Made by a program: the position numbers and the translations under genes
Notes under the pieces: generated by a model
Seen by the model: only the letters and a program-made list of their open reading frames with translations
Database searches by the model: none
What the model was told of the DNA's origin: nothing
NCBI GenBank assembly: GCA_043228905.1
Contig: JBHGNT010000007.1
Location: forward strand, 1,240,001-1,304,000
Length of the DNA: 64,000 nucleotides
Source of the DNA: Azolla caroliniana
Lineage: Eukaryota > Plantae > Polypodiophyta
Direction: 5' to 3'
Part shown: positions 1 to 13,116 of the stretch, one piece after another
Position numbering within the stretch: the first letter of the stretch is position 1
How the letters are laid out: each line of letters begins with the position of its first letter

Positions 1-82
1 ACTCGGGTTGTAATTTGATCGGATCAGGATCTACAATCCATTTATGATCAGTGTACGCGAGTACTCGAATGGTGTTATTCTG

Positions 83-325
83 TGTTGGTGTCTTAATGTC
101 TCGCAATTCAGGGTCTTCGAGTCTGTTTGGTGATCCCCTACCTCTCAGGATCAGAGAACCCTCCTCCTCGTGGCCTATCCATTTCTCCATTGTCGTCCTT
201 TGAGTAGCAGATTCCCTAATCAGTAGAGCGTTAATGATTTCCGATCTCATAGTCCATCCGCCCCTGATTCCATGGAGTATGTTCGCCTGATCTTGTAGTG
301 GCATTGACATAAACCGTCGCCAACA
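83..325. mobile_element. Possible solo LTR (243 bp)
   Basis: Starts TGTTGGTGTC and ends GTCGCCAACA (imperfect 10-bp terminal inverted repeat, TG...CA). Flanks TTCTG / TTCTA give a 4/5 TSD match. No second copy in the window. Confidence 0.35.
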
Positions 326-2209
326 TTCTATACTTTTGCCTGGACCTTCTGCAATACATCATTTTTATCCAAAAGACTCAATTTCTAATTTGGTTGTAGT
401 TATTCTTCTTTCGTACATCCTTAGGACAAGAAATTGTTATTTTTTTATAGCAATGAGATATGTTTAAGACGTTGTTGATATCAACTGTGTAACTTTGTAC
501 ATAGTCAAGTTTTTCAATCTCAAACATTGTTTTTATCTTAGTGTGAGCACTTGCACATATGTAGTGTGTGTGCCCTTGTTTATGTACACAACATTAATGG
601 GAAGCTTTTGGCTCTTTGGAAAATTATGTCATGTATAATTAACATCGTTGTCCAGTGAATAAAGGCTCTAGAGTATGGTGTGTCAAAATTTTGAAATCTA
701 TTGGAAATGTATGTATGACATGTAATGCTCATTTTATCAAGTCTTTCAAACATTTGAATGAAACAAAGACAAATGTTGTAGAACATGTTGCAAATGGATG
801 TGCGAAAATGAAACGATGTAATAAAATAACCTTTTTCCCAATCACTTTAGGAAACTTTGATGGTTTTCACATGTAGAAATAGCGGTATAATTGGGATCCT
901 ATTATGACTTCAAAGTGGCTCCGAATATGCATTGACTAAAGTGGGACGAACATTTTGACTTGGAATCAATCTTCTATGCAATTCAAGGTTGTTTAGAAGG
1001 AAGTATAGTATTGCTTATGTTTTTAAAAAAGAAAAATGTACAAAAACATGATTCGTGCATACGGTAAAAGCACGATATAAATTTTTTGTAGCAATTAAGC
1101 CTATTATCTCTTCAAAAACAAAAGAAAATAATGTCATCTGATGAGATTCCCAATGTAGAACTCGACTAGAAATGTAATGATTAATGAGCTTCTAACCTAG
1201 ATAATAAATTAGGATTATCCATTTGGTAAGTGGGTTGGTTTATCACGATTAATACACACGTTGCTACTAGAATATGTATATGACCAGATTCTATGAGTGA
1301 GGTTATAAATGTGATGGAGTTTACAACTGAATGTACGTGGAAATTGAAGCAAAAATACAAGATAATGGAAAATTTGTGCCTACTTACATGAATGTTTCTA
1401 GTGTGCATAGTGTTGCTAGTTGGAGTATCCCCAACCACTAAGTTGTTGCCATGTATGAGAACATATTGCTTATTTTCACGATCATGCCCATGTGAATGGA
1501 CAACAAATATTGAGCAAAATCCATGACTGCTAAATCCGAAAACATATTGCCCACTATCAATCTTCTTAAGTAGATGATGCATGCTTACCTTTACCTTTCC
1601 AATACATACATAATACAAGAGAGAAGCATATATTTAGGCTTTTGTCACCAAGGACATGAACTTTTTCTAAATATTTGAAGCAAGGCAACCATTTTTATTT
1701 TTAAAATGTGTGGTCTGGCATAAAAGCATTTGAATCCGATCTTGTGTCTTTTATAGATATAGTTGCTTAGAATTTTAAGTTGCGTCGTAATCTTTCCCCT
1801 TCCCCCACAAATTTAGTGAGTACACAACCAACGCATTCAACCAATTGTTGCTATCATAATATGTGCTTGAACATAACAACTTCAACCATAATTGTTTAGC
1901 ACACAACCAATTGTCCTTGGAAATAAGATATAATGCTCAATCAATGTTACCGAATCACACCATACCAAGACACTATGATATTGACCCTACTAATCAATAA
2001 TTGTCAAATTGGTATGACCCTAATAACTAGATGATCCAACACATTTTCCAGGCACCCACTCTCAACATCATTGGGCATAAGATCTTCAACCACAACCGGT
2101 TATACTAGGTCAAAACTTGATGCCCCAACACCATAACTTTGTCCTTCAATGACTTGTGAATCAAACTTGAAGGATAATACAAAAAACCTTAAGGAATGAC
2201 TTTGCACAA

Positions 2210-2212
<3 letters not shown>

Positions 2213-2270
<58 letters not shown>
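2213..2270. repeat. (CT)n microsatellite
   Basis: About 29 perfect CT units. Confidence 0.95.
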
Positions 2271-2272
<2 letters not shown>

Positions 2273-2558
2273 ATGAGAGTAATTGACTATGTACACTTTG
2301 CCCTAAACAAGTTTAGAATATGAATATCACATTTTGATACAATGCTCTGCTTCTAATTACATTAGACTATGCTCTCTATACATCTTTGACCAAAACCAAA
2401 ATCTTGCACGAATTTCTCTCACATTCACAGTGTGCTCGATTGTGACTTTGATTAATAAAGTTCTTGAATATCGAGAGTCGCTACTCACTTTCACATGTAC
2501 TACATAAAAAAATGTTCTATTTTTTTGTCTCATAGATCATAGTTAACCTCCGAAGATG

Positions 2559-2561
<3 letters not shown>
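2271..2561 (+). mobile_element. 5'-truncated LINE 3' fragment (CCHC zinc-finger end plus 3' UTR)
   Basis: Translates to L-C-T-L-C-P-K...E-Y-H-I-L-I-Q-C-S-A-S-N-Y-I-R, a C-terminal CxxC..H..C motif. 2336-2540 is clearly homologous to 25322-25520, the 3' end of the LINE split by the gypsy element. Confidence 0.65.

Positions 2562-2601
<40 letters not shown>
2562..2601. repeat. (CT)n microsatellite
   Basis: About 20 CT units. Confidence 0.95.
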
Positions 2602-2604
<3 letters not shown>

Positions 2605-3440
2605 TTCACCATGAGCTCAACATTGTCCCATAGATTGCATTCATTCTCGAATGGTGGTTAATTTCTTTTTGTTATTGGCTTCGTGGTTTGCTCGAGACAA
2701 TGAATGTTATAAAATGAAGCGAACTGAAGCTCAATACTCAATACGGGCTTCATTCCATGGCATAGATTGTATCGGTGTGCCATGGGCATCGAGACGATAA
2801 GTCTCTCCATCCCTCCCAAGGCTTTTAAAACACAAAATAGAAGCAAATTAGAAGAGCTACACAAACCACATAAAAGTGTCTATAACAAGCTGTAACAGAA
2901 CATAACAAGCTGTAAGAGATAAAGGCTCAGCAATCAATTGTTCTGCCTTTCCCCCCCTATCTTGTTTACTGATAACAGAGCAGATTCTACTATCTAGTTC
3001 TCTGTGTTTTATTTCTTAACTGAGAACAGAGCAAATTCTAGCAATCAATGACTCAAACTATTACTATACATCTAGTTTGTCTCTGTGCCTCACTCCCTCT
3101 ACCAATTTTTTACAAAAAATCAGAGAAACTCTAAAAATTAGAGACATAGATCGAAGTGGGTATTTACTATTTTCGTGTTCTATCTGTTTTCTCTACTCAT
3201 TATTGAAAACAGAGAAAATTCTAACTGATAGAGTCTCAGATCAAGGTGGGCATCTTCTAATTCTATCTATTTTCCCTATTATGCTCTTTACTACAGGCAT
3301 ATTGATTTCTGATCAAAGAACAACACTCTTTGCAATTCAAGTTGTGCGGCACAGAAAGGATATAGGTATGGCTTATATGTAAATCTATACTTGAAGTGAG
3401 ATTAACGTTTTTGGGGCTCAAAATATATATGCAAGAAAAC

Positions 3441-4012
3441 ATGGGGGATCCATTGGCAATTCAAAGAAATGGGTCCTCTAGCCTTTCAGAAGAGAGTATA
3501 CGACTCCGCGCAGAGAGAGCAAGAGTTGAACCGCCTTATGATTCTTTTGTATGCCCTCTGACAAAGACAATTATGAAGGATCCTGTCTCTTTGGAGAATG
3601 GCCAGACCTATGAAAGAAGTGCTATCGAGAGATGGTTTCACGAGTGCAGTAGTAATGGAAGGCCTCCTGTTTGCCCGTTAACGGGGAAAGAACTTGAATC
3701 TACAACATTGAAGCCGAGCTTAGCTATTCGGCAAACCATAGAAGAGTGGACTACTAGGAATGAGGCGGCACAACTTGATAATGCGAGATCACTTCTTGTT
3801 TCAGATTCGAACGAGGAGATAATACTTGCTTTGAAAGATCTTCAGAGTTTGTGTTTAAGGAGTACCTTAAACAAACATAAAGCTAGAGGATCTGGCCTTA
3901 TACCTCTCATTGTTGGTTGTTTGAAGAATGATGAGGCTGTTCGGTGCTTGGCGCTTGCAACATTGCGTATTCTTGCCGAAGATGTCGATAGCAACAAGGT
4001 AGATACTCACTC

Positions 4013-4060
<48 letters not shown>

Positions 4061-7000
4061 GAGAGAGAGGATGGATGTAAATCAGTTGGTAGGGTTCTCA
4101 TGCAGAGACAAGAACCCCTACATTCCACACAGTTTAATAAATCAATGAAAATTCTAATTGCATGGATAAAAATATGGTTTAACTCTGTGGTACTCCAGAT
4201 ACGATAAAATAAAATGAGAAGGGGGGGAAGAGAATTAGGGGAGATGGTTCATTGGTTTTCTGTGCATGAAATAAATAGATCTCTTCTCAGCGCATATATG
4301 CACAAGAGAGTATATCCATGCTTTCTCGGCACTTCCATTTAGTCTTCAATGTTCTTTGGAAATTTGGGGTTTGTGGCATAATTGAGAACTCCCAGTACAT
4401 CCCATTATTTTATGGTCGGCATGGTATTGCTACTCCTATTCACCAGTTGAAAGACATATGTTTGTTTCCGTTCCTCTGGGCTATTGGCACATACATGCCT
4501 GTTGGTTATTTGGTGGTGCACCACATTTTATACATAAGATATCTGTGGGATATCGTATATGTTGTTAATGAACTTGTGGTTTGTATCTCCATACTTTACA
4601 AAAACATGACACATTTGCAAGTGATAGAGGGATAGATCAATTTTATTATTGTCCTCAGAGGTCAGAAATGACTAATGGAACGAAAGTGACATTTTCACTT
4701 GGTGTGTATTGGAAAGTGACACTCAATTTTCAGGCTAATGAACATTGCAATTGATAGTGCATTGTGGCAACAGAGAATGTTTGCATGGATAGCTCAGATA
4801 CAGAATGAGAGAGATTAGCATCCTGGTGATGCCAAATGTGACCCATGAGAGAGAGTCAGTGGCTGTGTAGTACTTAGTAAAGTTGTGCGTTGGCGACAGG
4901 AAAGTTTCACTTTGTCGTTTCGTAAAATGTAATTATTTGGAAGAGTGAAACCAATTGTACATGTTAATGATAAATGTCTTGTGACTAAGAGAGATATTGG
5001 GGGGGGGGGGGGGGGGGGGGGGGGAAGAGAGAGAGAGAGGAGTGTGTGTGTATGTGTACATTTTATGAAAAAGAGAGTTCTTTTTAGGATGCTATTGGGG
5101 AAACAGATGCGCTTCGAAATTGTGTCAAATGCTTATCCCGTGATATTTCAAAGGAGAGAGAAGAAGCCGTGTCTCTGTTATACGAGCTTTCAAAGTCAAG
5201 ATCATTGTGTGAGAAGATTGTTTCATTGAATGGAGCAATTTTGATGCTTGTGAAAACTGTCAGTAGCTCTTCAGATAATGTCCTTACAGTTCAAAGAGCA
5301 GATGAGACACTAGACAATTTAGAGAAGTGCGATGGAAGTGTGAGACCCATGGCAGAAAATGGGAGATTGCAACCGCTCCTTCAACGTTTAGTGGAAGGTA
5401 TTTCTTTAATATATTGAAGTATGCATTCATGGGGGATTTAATGTATGTTCATGTCATTGAATGTGTATGACTGATGAGTGTTCTTATATTCAATAGCATG
5501 AAAGTTTGTCATGTTATATTGGCTAGTTACACTTGATTAACATCTACTAGACATTGATCTGGCATGAAATCAAGTCTAATCACAAATAGACCAGGAATAC
5601 AACAAATGATTTATAAGTGTGTAGAAAAGCTTGATTATAATTGTGTATTATACAAAGAACAATTTAGAAGGTTTACATATATAGATAGATCTTAACAAAT
5701 GTTAAAATCTAAAGTGGATGAATACTAGTTCATGTTCCTGGCTTCTAAGCAGTTGTCAGTGCTTCTTAAGGTATTATGCTATTAATCTGAGAGAGAGAAC
5801 TACTTATTCAATGTGATGTATTTTATATATATAACTAGTTCACTTATCTTCAAAACACCCTGAACTAGCAAGCTTCCTGGAAAGAGTAGCAAGCTTGATG
5901 CTTTATTATTTTAGAACTAGGTAAAATCCTCCAAAATATCCCTTGTTGAACAAATTACAAGAATACCCCTCTGAGAGTCAAAATGTACCACCACAGAGGG
6001 GATAACATACTCTCTAAGAACTTACTTAGGCAAATATGCTTTTTAAATGGGAATACTTAAGTTGTGCTCTTCTTAATAGGTAGTGAAGATGTACGGTTGG
6101 AGATGGCCATGGTCCTGTCGGAACTTGTTCTTAGCTCGGAAGGCAATACAAAAGTTGCTGAAGTTGGTGGAAAAACCCTTGTAAACATGCTTCAGAATGG
6201 CTCTTCCACTGGGCGAGAAGCAGCATTGAGGTGTTTATGCCAACTTTCTACCCTCGAAAGCAATGGCCATATCTTAGCACAAGCAGGTATTTTGTCTCCT
6301 CTCATACGAGATTTGTATGCGGTTGGGATCAACCAACTTTCCGCAAAATTGAAGGAAATAGCTGCAACAACTTTAGCTAATGTAGTGAACTCTGGTATCG
6401 ACCTCGACAAGCTCCCAATAGATTCCGATGGCAATACGTTACTATCGGAATCTATAATCCATAATCTTCTTCACCTAGTGAGTAACACAGGTCCAGCAAT
6501 AGAAGCAAAACTGCTTCAAGTATTGGTGGGATTGGCATCCTCAAAAGAGGAAGGGGCAGTAAATAAGGTGGTGATGGCGATAAAAAGTGCAGGTGCCACA
6601 ATAACTCTTATTCAATTTCTTGAGGTGCCACAAAAGGATCTACGTGCAAATTCTGTGAAACTATTATATTATCTATCAGCAAATATGGGCCAAGAAATCG
6701 CCGATGGACTTCGCATAACAACAGGCCAACTAGGTACTTTAGTAAAGTTCATAAGTACAAATGGTGTATCAGAAGAGCAAGCTGCTGCCGCAAAGTTATT
6801 AGCAAACCTTCCAAGTCACGATGCTCAGCTCACACGAGCTTTGCTAGAAGAGGGAGCAATTCCCGCCGCAGTAAATAAGCTTGAAGAATTGAAGCAAGGA
6901 GTGGTTAGAATTGGTGCAAGCCGATTTGTCGGTATGTATAAAGAAGGTTTAGTTGGTATCCTCCTCCGGTTTACTGAGATATATGGTAATAGAGATATCG

Positions 7001-7656
7001 TAACATCAGCTCAAGAACACAACCTGACGTCGTTTTTCACAAGCTTGCTTAACATGGGTAACCTTGAGGAAGTGCAGAGGATAAGTGCATTAGCATTGGC
7101 TAATCTTTCGTCTCATACAAAGGATTTATCAGTATTGCCCGAGATTGAAGATAGTAGTAGTAGTCTTTGCTTTTGCTTGTTCAAATCACCACCAAAAAAG
7201 GTAGGATTATGTGTAGTTCATGGTGGACAATGCTCTGCAAAACAAACATTCTGTCTCTATGAAGCAGGTGCGATTGTGCCACTAGTGGGTTGTTTGGACC
7301 ATGGAAATACCAGTCTTGTAGAGGCATCTCTAAAGGCACTTTCTACTCTTCTATTGGAGGTTGAGAATATTGAAGGAGGTATCAAAGTGCTGACCGATGC
7401 TGATGCGATACAACCCATTCTAGATATCATGAAAGAGCACAAGACAGAGCAATTACATCAGTTGGTGGTATTGGTAGTTGAGTGTATGCTCCGGGATGAA
7501 GGCATTGCTCGAATAATCTCGGGCAATCCTAGCGTCCACACCGTGTTAGTAGAAGCATTCAAACATGGCAACCCTCTTACGAAGCAAGCTGCTGAGAAGG
7601 CATTGAAGCATTTGAATAAAATTCCAAATTTTTCAGGTGTATTCAAGCTTAAGTAG
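3441..7656 (+). CDS. PUB43/44: U-box/ARM-repeat E3 ubiquitin ligase, PUB43/PUB44 (SAUL1)-like. Exons 3441-3998, 5088-5397, 6080-7656 (alternative in-frame ATG at 3429)
   Basis: U-box EPPYDSFVCPLTKTIMKDPVSLENGQTYERSAIERWF...CPLTG...LKPSLAIRQTIEEW, followed by ARM repeats. SAUL1-type C-terminus (GLCVVHGGQCS..TFCL; AEKALKHLNKIPNFSGVF). GT-AG junctions keep the frame (NK|DAIGE; VEG|SEDV). Confidence 0.92.
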
Positions 7657-10091
7657 AGTGCTTTTGTTCCCTATCCTTTGTAACCTTTTCAATAAATTGT
7701 GGTAACTTTAGGATTTGATTATTTTGAACATATCACTCTCACACATTTTTATGTAACAAAGATAATCCAGAAAACCATGCATGAGTGGTAACCAAGCACA
7801 GAATGACACCGAGTTAACTATCCATTTTCCTTAGAAAGGAAAGATTCATGTGCAGCAAGTTTCTGATATGATTGAATATCAGGGGCAACAAATTTTTTAA
7901 CATGATGGAAAGTAAATCATAAAATGCTTAAGATTATTCAATCCACTTGTATGGACACTTACCAAACATAAGTCTTGCAAAATGCCTATGGATTATATAC
8001 TTCCAAGGCACACATGGTTTCCCCTCAATGGTCTTGCATATGTTCAATTGACATTGTTTCTTGTTACAAGCCAACTGATGAACATTTTTGAACCTGCAAC
8101 ATTTGCTTAGCACAAGCTGGTTCAACATTGTAGATTTTTGCAATACTTGAATTAGAGATCAGAAAATAAGCTTTAGATAGAGTAGATGAATTCGAATTCT
8201 ACGAGCATTATTCCTATGGATTTATACAATAATATTTCTTAGGGTAATCCTCTGAACGGACATATTATGAAATAATACAAATTCATTTTTGTTAAGTAAC
8301 CGTGATCTTTAGTATGTCAAGGTTTGTTGATGATGATGTCTTTGTTCCATTCTTTTTTTGGTGTTTCATATCTGTTTCTAGAATTGTTGTATGCCAATGA
8401 AAATCTATCCTCTTCCTAAACCTCCAATGCTTTATCTTCATCAAATTAAGATAAAAATCACTCATTCAAGCTTGCAAATTCAACCTTGGGGTGTTTCCTC
8501 CTTGCATCACCATTGACGTGCTCCTACATTTTTGCCGAAAACGTATGCGAGCAGTGACCACGTTGTTGGAGTAGTCACAAACCTTGTCCTTGCATCACCA
8601 AGATAAGTAATTTATTTCTTGAAGAACTTGCATTTTGAGATCTTCGTGTAGAATTGCTTGTCGCGCAATGTTTGTAAAACAAAGCGGACATGTTTACCAT
8701 GTTCTTCTAATGTACGACTATAGACTAGAATATCATCCGAGAAAATAACGACAAAATTTTCAAGTTGTTCTCGGAAAATGTCATTTAGTTCTTGTTGAAA
8801 TGTGGCTAGAGCATTGGTCAAACCAGAAGGCATGAACAAAAACTCATAATGGCCATAGCGCGTGCGAAATGCCATTTTAGGAACATCTTCCTCACTTATA
8901 CGAATTTGATGGTAGCTTGTACGAAGATCAAGTTTCGTAAAATATCGAGCTCCCTAGAGACAATCAATCAAATCGTTAGCCCGGGGCAATGGATATGAAT
9001 TCTTGATCGTCACTGTATTCAAGTGTCGGTAATTAATACACAAACGCCATGTGCCCTCTTTCTTTTTTACCAAGAGAACAAGTGTTGCCCATGGGGATTT
9101 ACTATAACGTATATAAACCATTCGTAAATAGTCCTTGAGTTGCTTAGATACCTCATCCTCTTCAGATCAACTTAAGCGATATAGAGGTATACTTATTAGT
9201 GCTACGCCAAGTACAATATCTATACGATGGTCTATATTACGTTTAGGAGGTAACCCATGTGGTAGTTCACTCGGAAAAACATCACAAAAATCATTTAAGA
9301 TTTCATCGAGTTGTTGTTCAAAATATGATAAATGGCTCGAAACACTATCGATATTATAAACGTGAATGTTCAAATCAGGTACACAATAAAATAAAGAAGA
9401 ACAAGAAAACTCGGATATTGATGGAGAGGAAACAATCGAAAGAGATTGTTTTTTTACCCATTGAATAAAATGAGTACAATCATTTAGTACAAAGGTAATG
9501 GAATGGTGAACCCAATTAATAGATAAAGAACAGTTTTTATTATAAAACCAGGGATAACCTAGTATTACATCAGTGGTACAAAGATTCATTACATTGAAGT
9601 CTACTTCCTCTATATAAGTATCAATAGAAATTCCTAATGAATGAATCACCCCGTTGATGTATTGTACTCTTCCATCAGCCAAGTGCACCTTATAGGTGTG
9701 ATCACTTATGGTGAGTTGGATTCCCCATATCCGAACCAAACAATCATTCACAAAGTTGTGTGAGCTTCCCGAATCAAATAAAAATTGTACTGGAGATCCA
9801 TTGATATACCCATTTGCACGTAGTAAATCATTGGGTGCCAATACATAGTGAGGGAAAGAACATTTACAATTACTTAAATGATGTGCATAGACCTCAAGGA
9901 CATCATGAATTTGACCTTTATGGTCTGCAACTTTGGTTTTGTTGTCGTGCTCTTTTCGTTAGAGCTTTTGACATTACTCTTTTGTATGACCATTCTTTCT
10001 ATAGAACACACAAAAAGGATTTTGTCGCTTACAATCGTGATCCATGAATTCGTTGGGTGTCTTGTGTTTCCCAGTGAATTGCGACTGCTTA

Positions 10092-11843
10092 GTTCAACTC
10101 GGTTTTGAGACCTTTGGCATACATGGACGATTTCACCTCGTTCAAATCGAGGATGAACATTCGACCATCGCTCCGTCCTTTAGCTATGAGTCGGCCATCT
10201 TTCTCGATGAAGCATCCTTCGTTGTTGAAACGAACTTGCATGCCTTGCTCCACAATTTGACTGACCGAGACCAAATTCTTTGTTATTGTGGGCACGTGCA
10301 AGACATTCTTGATGCAAGTTTGCTCACCTTCTTTACCGAATGGCACATTGCCAATGTGCCGAATGGGATGTGTGGTGTCGTCTCCCATCTCTATGAAGCC
10401 GGGTCAATCGGGTGTGCGCAAAACACTAAACCACTCTTCGTGGGATGTCATGTGATGTGAGACACTGGAGTCGACGAACCACACGCCTTCCGAGTTGAGG
10501 TGCTTGTGGAGTCGGAGGCCAACTTAGAGTTCGCTCTATGTCTGTCTCATTACGAATAGTCCACCGTAGTCGTCGTATTTGGAGTTGGTGGCATAGTTTG
10601 TGAGTTGTTGGCTTGTCGAAGCGGACTCACTTCTCTTCTTTCGACACTCTTCTTCGCAGTGGCCGATTTTGCCGCAATAGTTGCAAGTGATAGGCCACGT
10701 TTGCCAACCTTGTTCTGCATGGAAGCTCCCCCCTCTTCCGAAGGTTCCTCAATGGCTTCCGTCTTGTTGTTGAAGGTTTGAGTTCCCTTCGTGTGATGGG
10801 TCGAATCGACCTCTTCTACCACCTTGTCCTCGGCCACCATCCGAATTCGAGAAGAACATTTGTCCTTCCTACGTGTTGCTTTTGATTTAGGCGTGGTTCT
10901 CTTCAACCAATAACATTGATTGACGGTCGAAGAACGAAGGAGGGTTTTCTCTTGCTAATATAACATTCTTAACGAGTCGAATTGTTGTGTGAGGTCGCCC
11001 AAGCATATTTGAACCATCTTGTCTTCGTCGACGTTTACGTTGATGGAGCCAAGCGAGTCGTAAATGCTCTTGATCTTGGCGATGTAGTCCGACACAGACA
11101 TATCTTTTTGCCGAATATTGTTCAACTCTTGTCGAAGTTGAAGCTTTCGGGCAGTCATGTTGGCGGTGAACATCTTCTTCAAGTTCTCCCACCCCTCTTT
11201 AGGTGTCTTGGTGTCTCGAATGTGGCTAAGCATGTGGCCATCGACACATGTTGCCAAGGAATACATTACCCGAATCGCTCCTTGCTCCCACATTGGGTAG
11301 TTGGCGTTTGTGATGTCTGGTTTGTTTTCGAGTGCGTCGGTGATGTAGCTCCAATACCCTTGGCCAACTAGGTATTTGTTCATCTTGTACTCCCAAGATG
11401 AATAATTGCTCCGATCTAGCTTTTCACTAGGGAGCGAGCTACCCATTTGTGTGTTCATGTTGATTGTAGTGTCTTCCTTTTTCGCTTTTCTTCCTTTAGT
11501 CACGTACATGTGCTACGTAGCGGCACTACAATAGTGGATTGCTGGATTTGTCGTCGGCGTCTCGAACACACAATCACAGAGTTTGGTGGGCTTAGTGGAT
11601 TTTCTAAACCACTTGCTCTGATACCATGTTAAGAATTAGGTAATTAACTACGAGTTAATTAGTACCTAATTATGTGATTAAGCTAAGCGAAAGATTAAAT
11701 GATATGTGTGTGTATGTCATAATGTTAACTTCCTCTCTCTCTTCCTCTCATCACATACACACACATATCACTTAATCTTCCGCTTAGCTTAATCACATAA
11801 TTAGGTACTAATTAACCCGTCGTTAATTACCTAATTCTTAACA
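10092..11843 (-). mobile_element. Ty1/copia 5' fragment (element C1) nested in G1 gag
   Basis: Copia gag (EKLDRSNYSSWEYKM...ARKLQLRQELNNIRQ), zinc knuckle, protease and GAG-pre-integrase region (IKNVLHVPTITKNLVSVSQI). PBS TGGTATCAGAGC at 11615-11626. Gypsy gag sequence resumes on both sides. Confidence 0.88.
11627..11843. repeat. 217-bp palindrome in the 5' LTR position of Copia C1 (91-bp arms, ~35-nt loop)
   Basis: TGTTAAGAATTAGGTAATTAAC... / ...GTTAATTACCTAATTCTTAACA. Four mismatches over 91 bp. Abuts the tRNA-Met PBS. Confidence 0.95.
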
Positions 11844-13116
11844 AGTATCATGTTGTATACTAATGACATGTGCCTCGAGAGCACAATGAGATTGTTGAAG
11901 TTCGGAAATCTTGTGCAAGGTAGAATTAAGGAAATTTTGTATTTGGTGAAAATACGACTCAATGGGAATTGGCCCAGGAGAATTTCCTTGAATTCCTTCC
12001 GCTTGGGCAGATGCCATCGGGTCGTTATTATAAGCCATTGAATGATAATTTCTTGCAAAGAAATAGGATAAGGTCAGACAAATAGTCATAACATTATGTG
12101 CAAACATTAATCGATATCATTATCTCCCGTCAATACCCCTCTAGATGTATGAGATGAGGTTCAAGATCAAGTTACTATGGTAACACAAAGGTGTTTTAAT
12201 AACCATGGGGGTGACAAATGAATGTCTTTCCTTGATCTCTATATTGATTTTTTCATGGCGGCTCCCCGAGGTTCAACCATTTATGTTCGCGTCATGAATA
12301 GTTATACATGAAAAAATGTTAACAATAAACATATTTTATAGTCATATGTATCAATAATGTTGTATGGTCTCGGTCATATTTGAACTCCAAACCTCAAGAG
12401 AAAAGCCGTTAAACACTTGAGCTAACCAAATAGGTTGCTCATATTGAATGCTTAATTTTTTTGCGTATAAGACATATCTGAAGACCTTTGCCCATATATG
12501 TTTTTTTAAAAGAAAACATATTTGTCTAGAAACCTTATTTCTCCCTCGTTAACAAGAAAACTATGTTGGTGCGTTACCCAACCTCAAGTCTCATCATTAT
12601 GATGAGATACCCCAAAGTGCAACCCAATGGTCAAGCCACACAAGCTTCGTAGTAGTCCCACGTGACCCATCACATGGTTACATCATAATTTACGAATGCC
12701 TTCCGAAATGATGATCTCATGGTGGCATCGTAACCATGTAACGAGGGAGGGATGTTGGATGTGTGTCATAGGAGCGACCTCACATGATGTGGATCAAGCC
12801 CTAACGTTCACAACATCATTTTGGTTATGACCGTTTCGTTCTAACGTGTAGCAAAATCGAGGTAACCAACGGGTATGACTACAAAAAAAAATTGTTAAAA
12901 AGGGTGGTGACTACGTCATTCTCACAAAAATGTGAGGACGGCCACCAAGATCCTTTCCCCGAAAAGGACAACGTTCGATATTCCAAAATCACATAATAAA
13001 CACTAATATACACATATTTATGTTTATCACATGTATACGATTAAATACGTATACACATGATTACATATGCATATATTAAAGAATCGTAACATAACATAAC
13101 CAATGAATGATGTATC

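Noticed and set aside
330-1700. Possible decayed DNA-transposon coding sequence
   Set aside because: No transposase motif or terminal repeats could be supported by eye.
3999-4207. CVCVCV tail of the first U-box ORF
   Set aside because: Read-through into intron 1 across a (GT)n microsatellite; the donor site is at 3999.
12134-12280. Hammerhead or HDV-like ribozyme in the conserved gypsy leader block or leader arrays
   Set aside because: I could not find a CUGAUGA/GAAA core or a convincing nested double pseudoknot on either strand.
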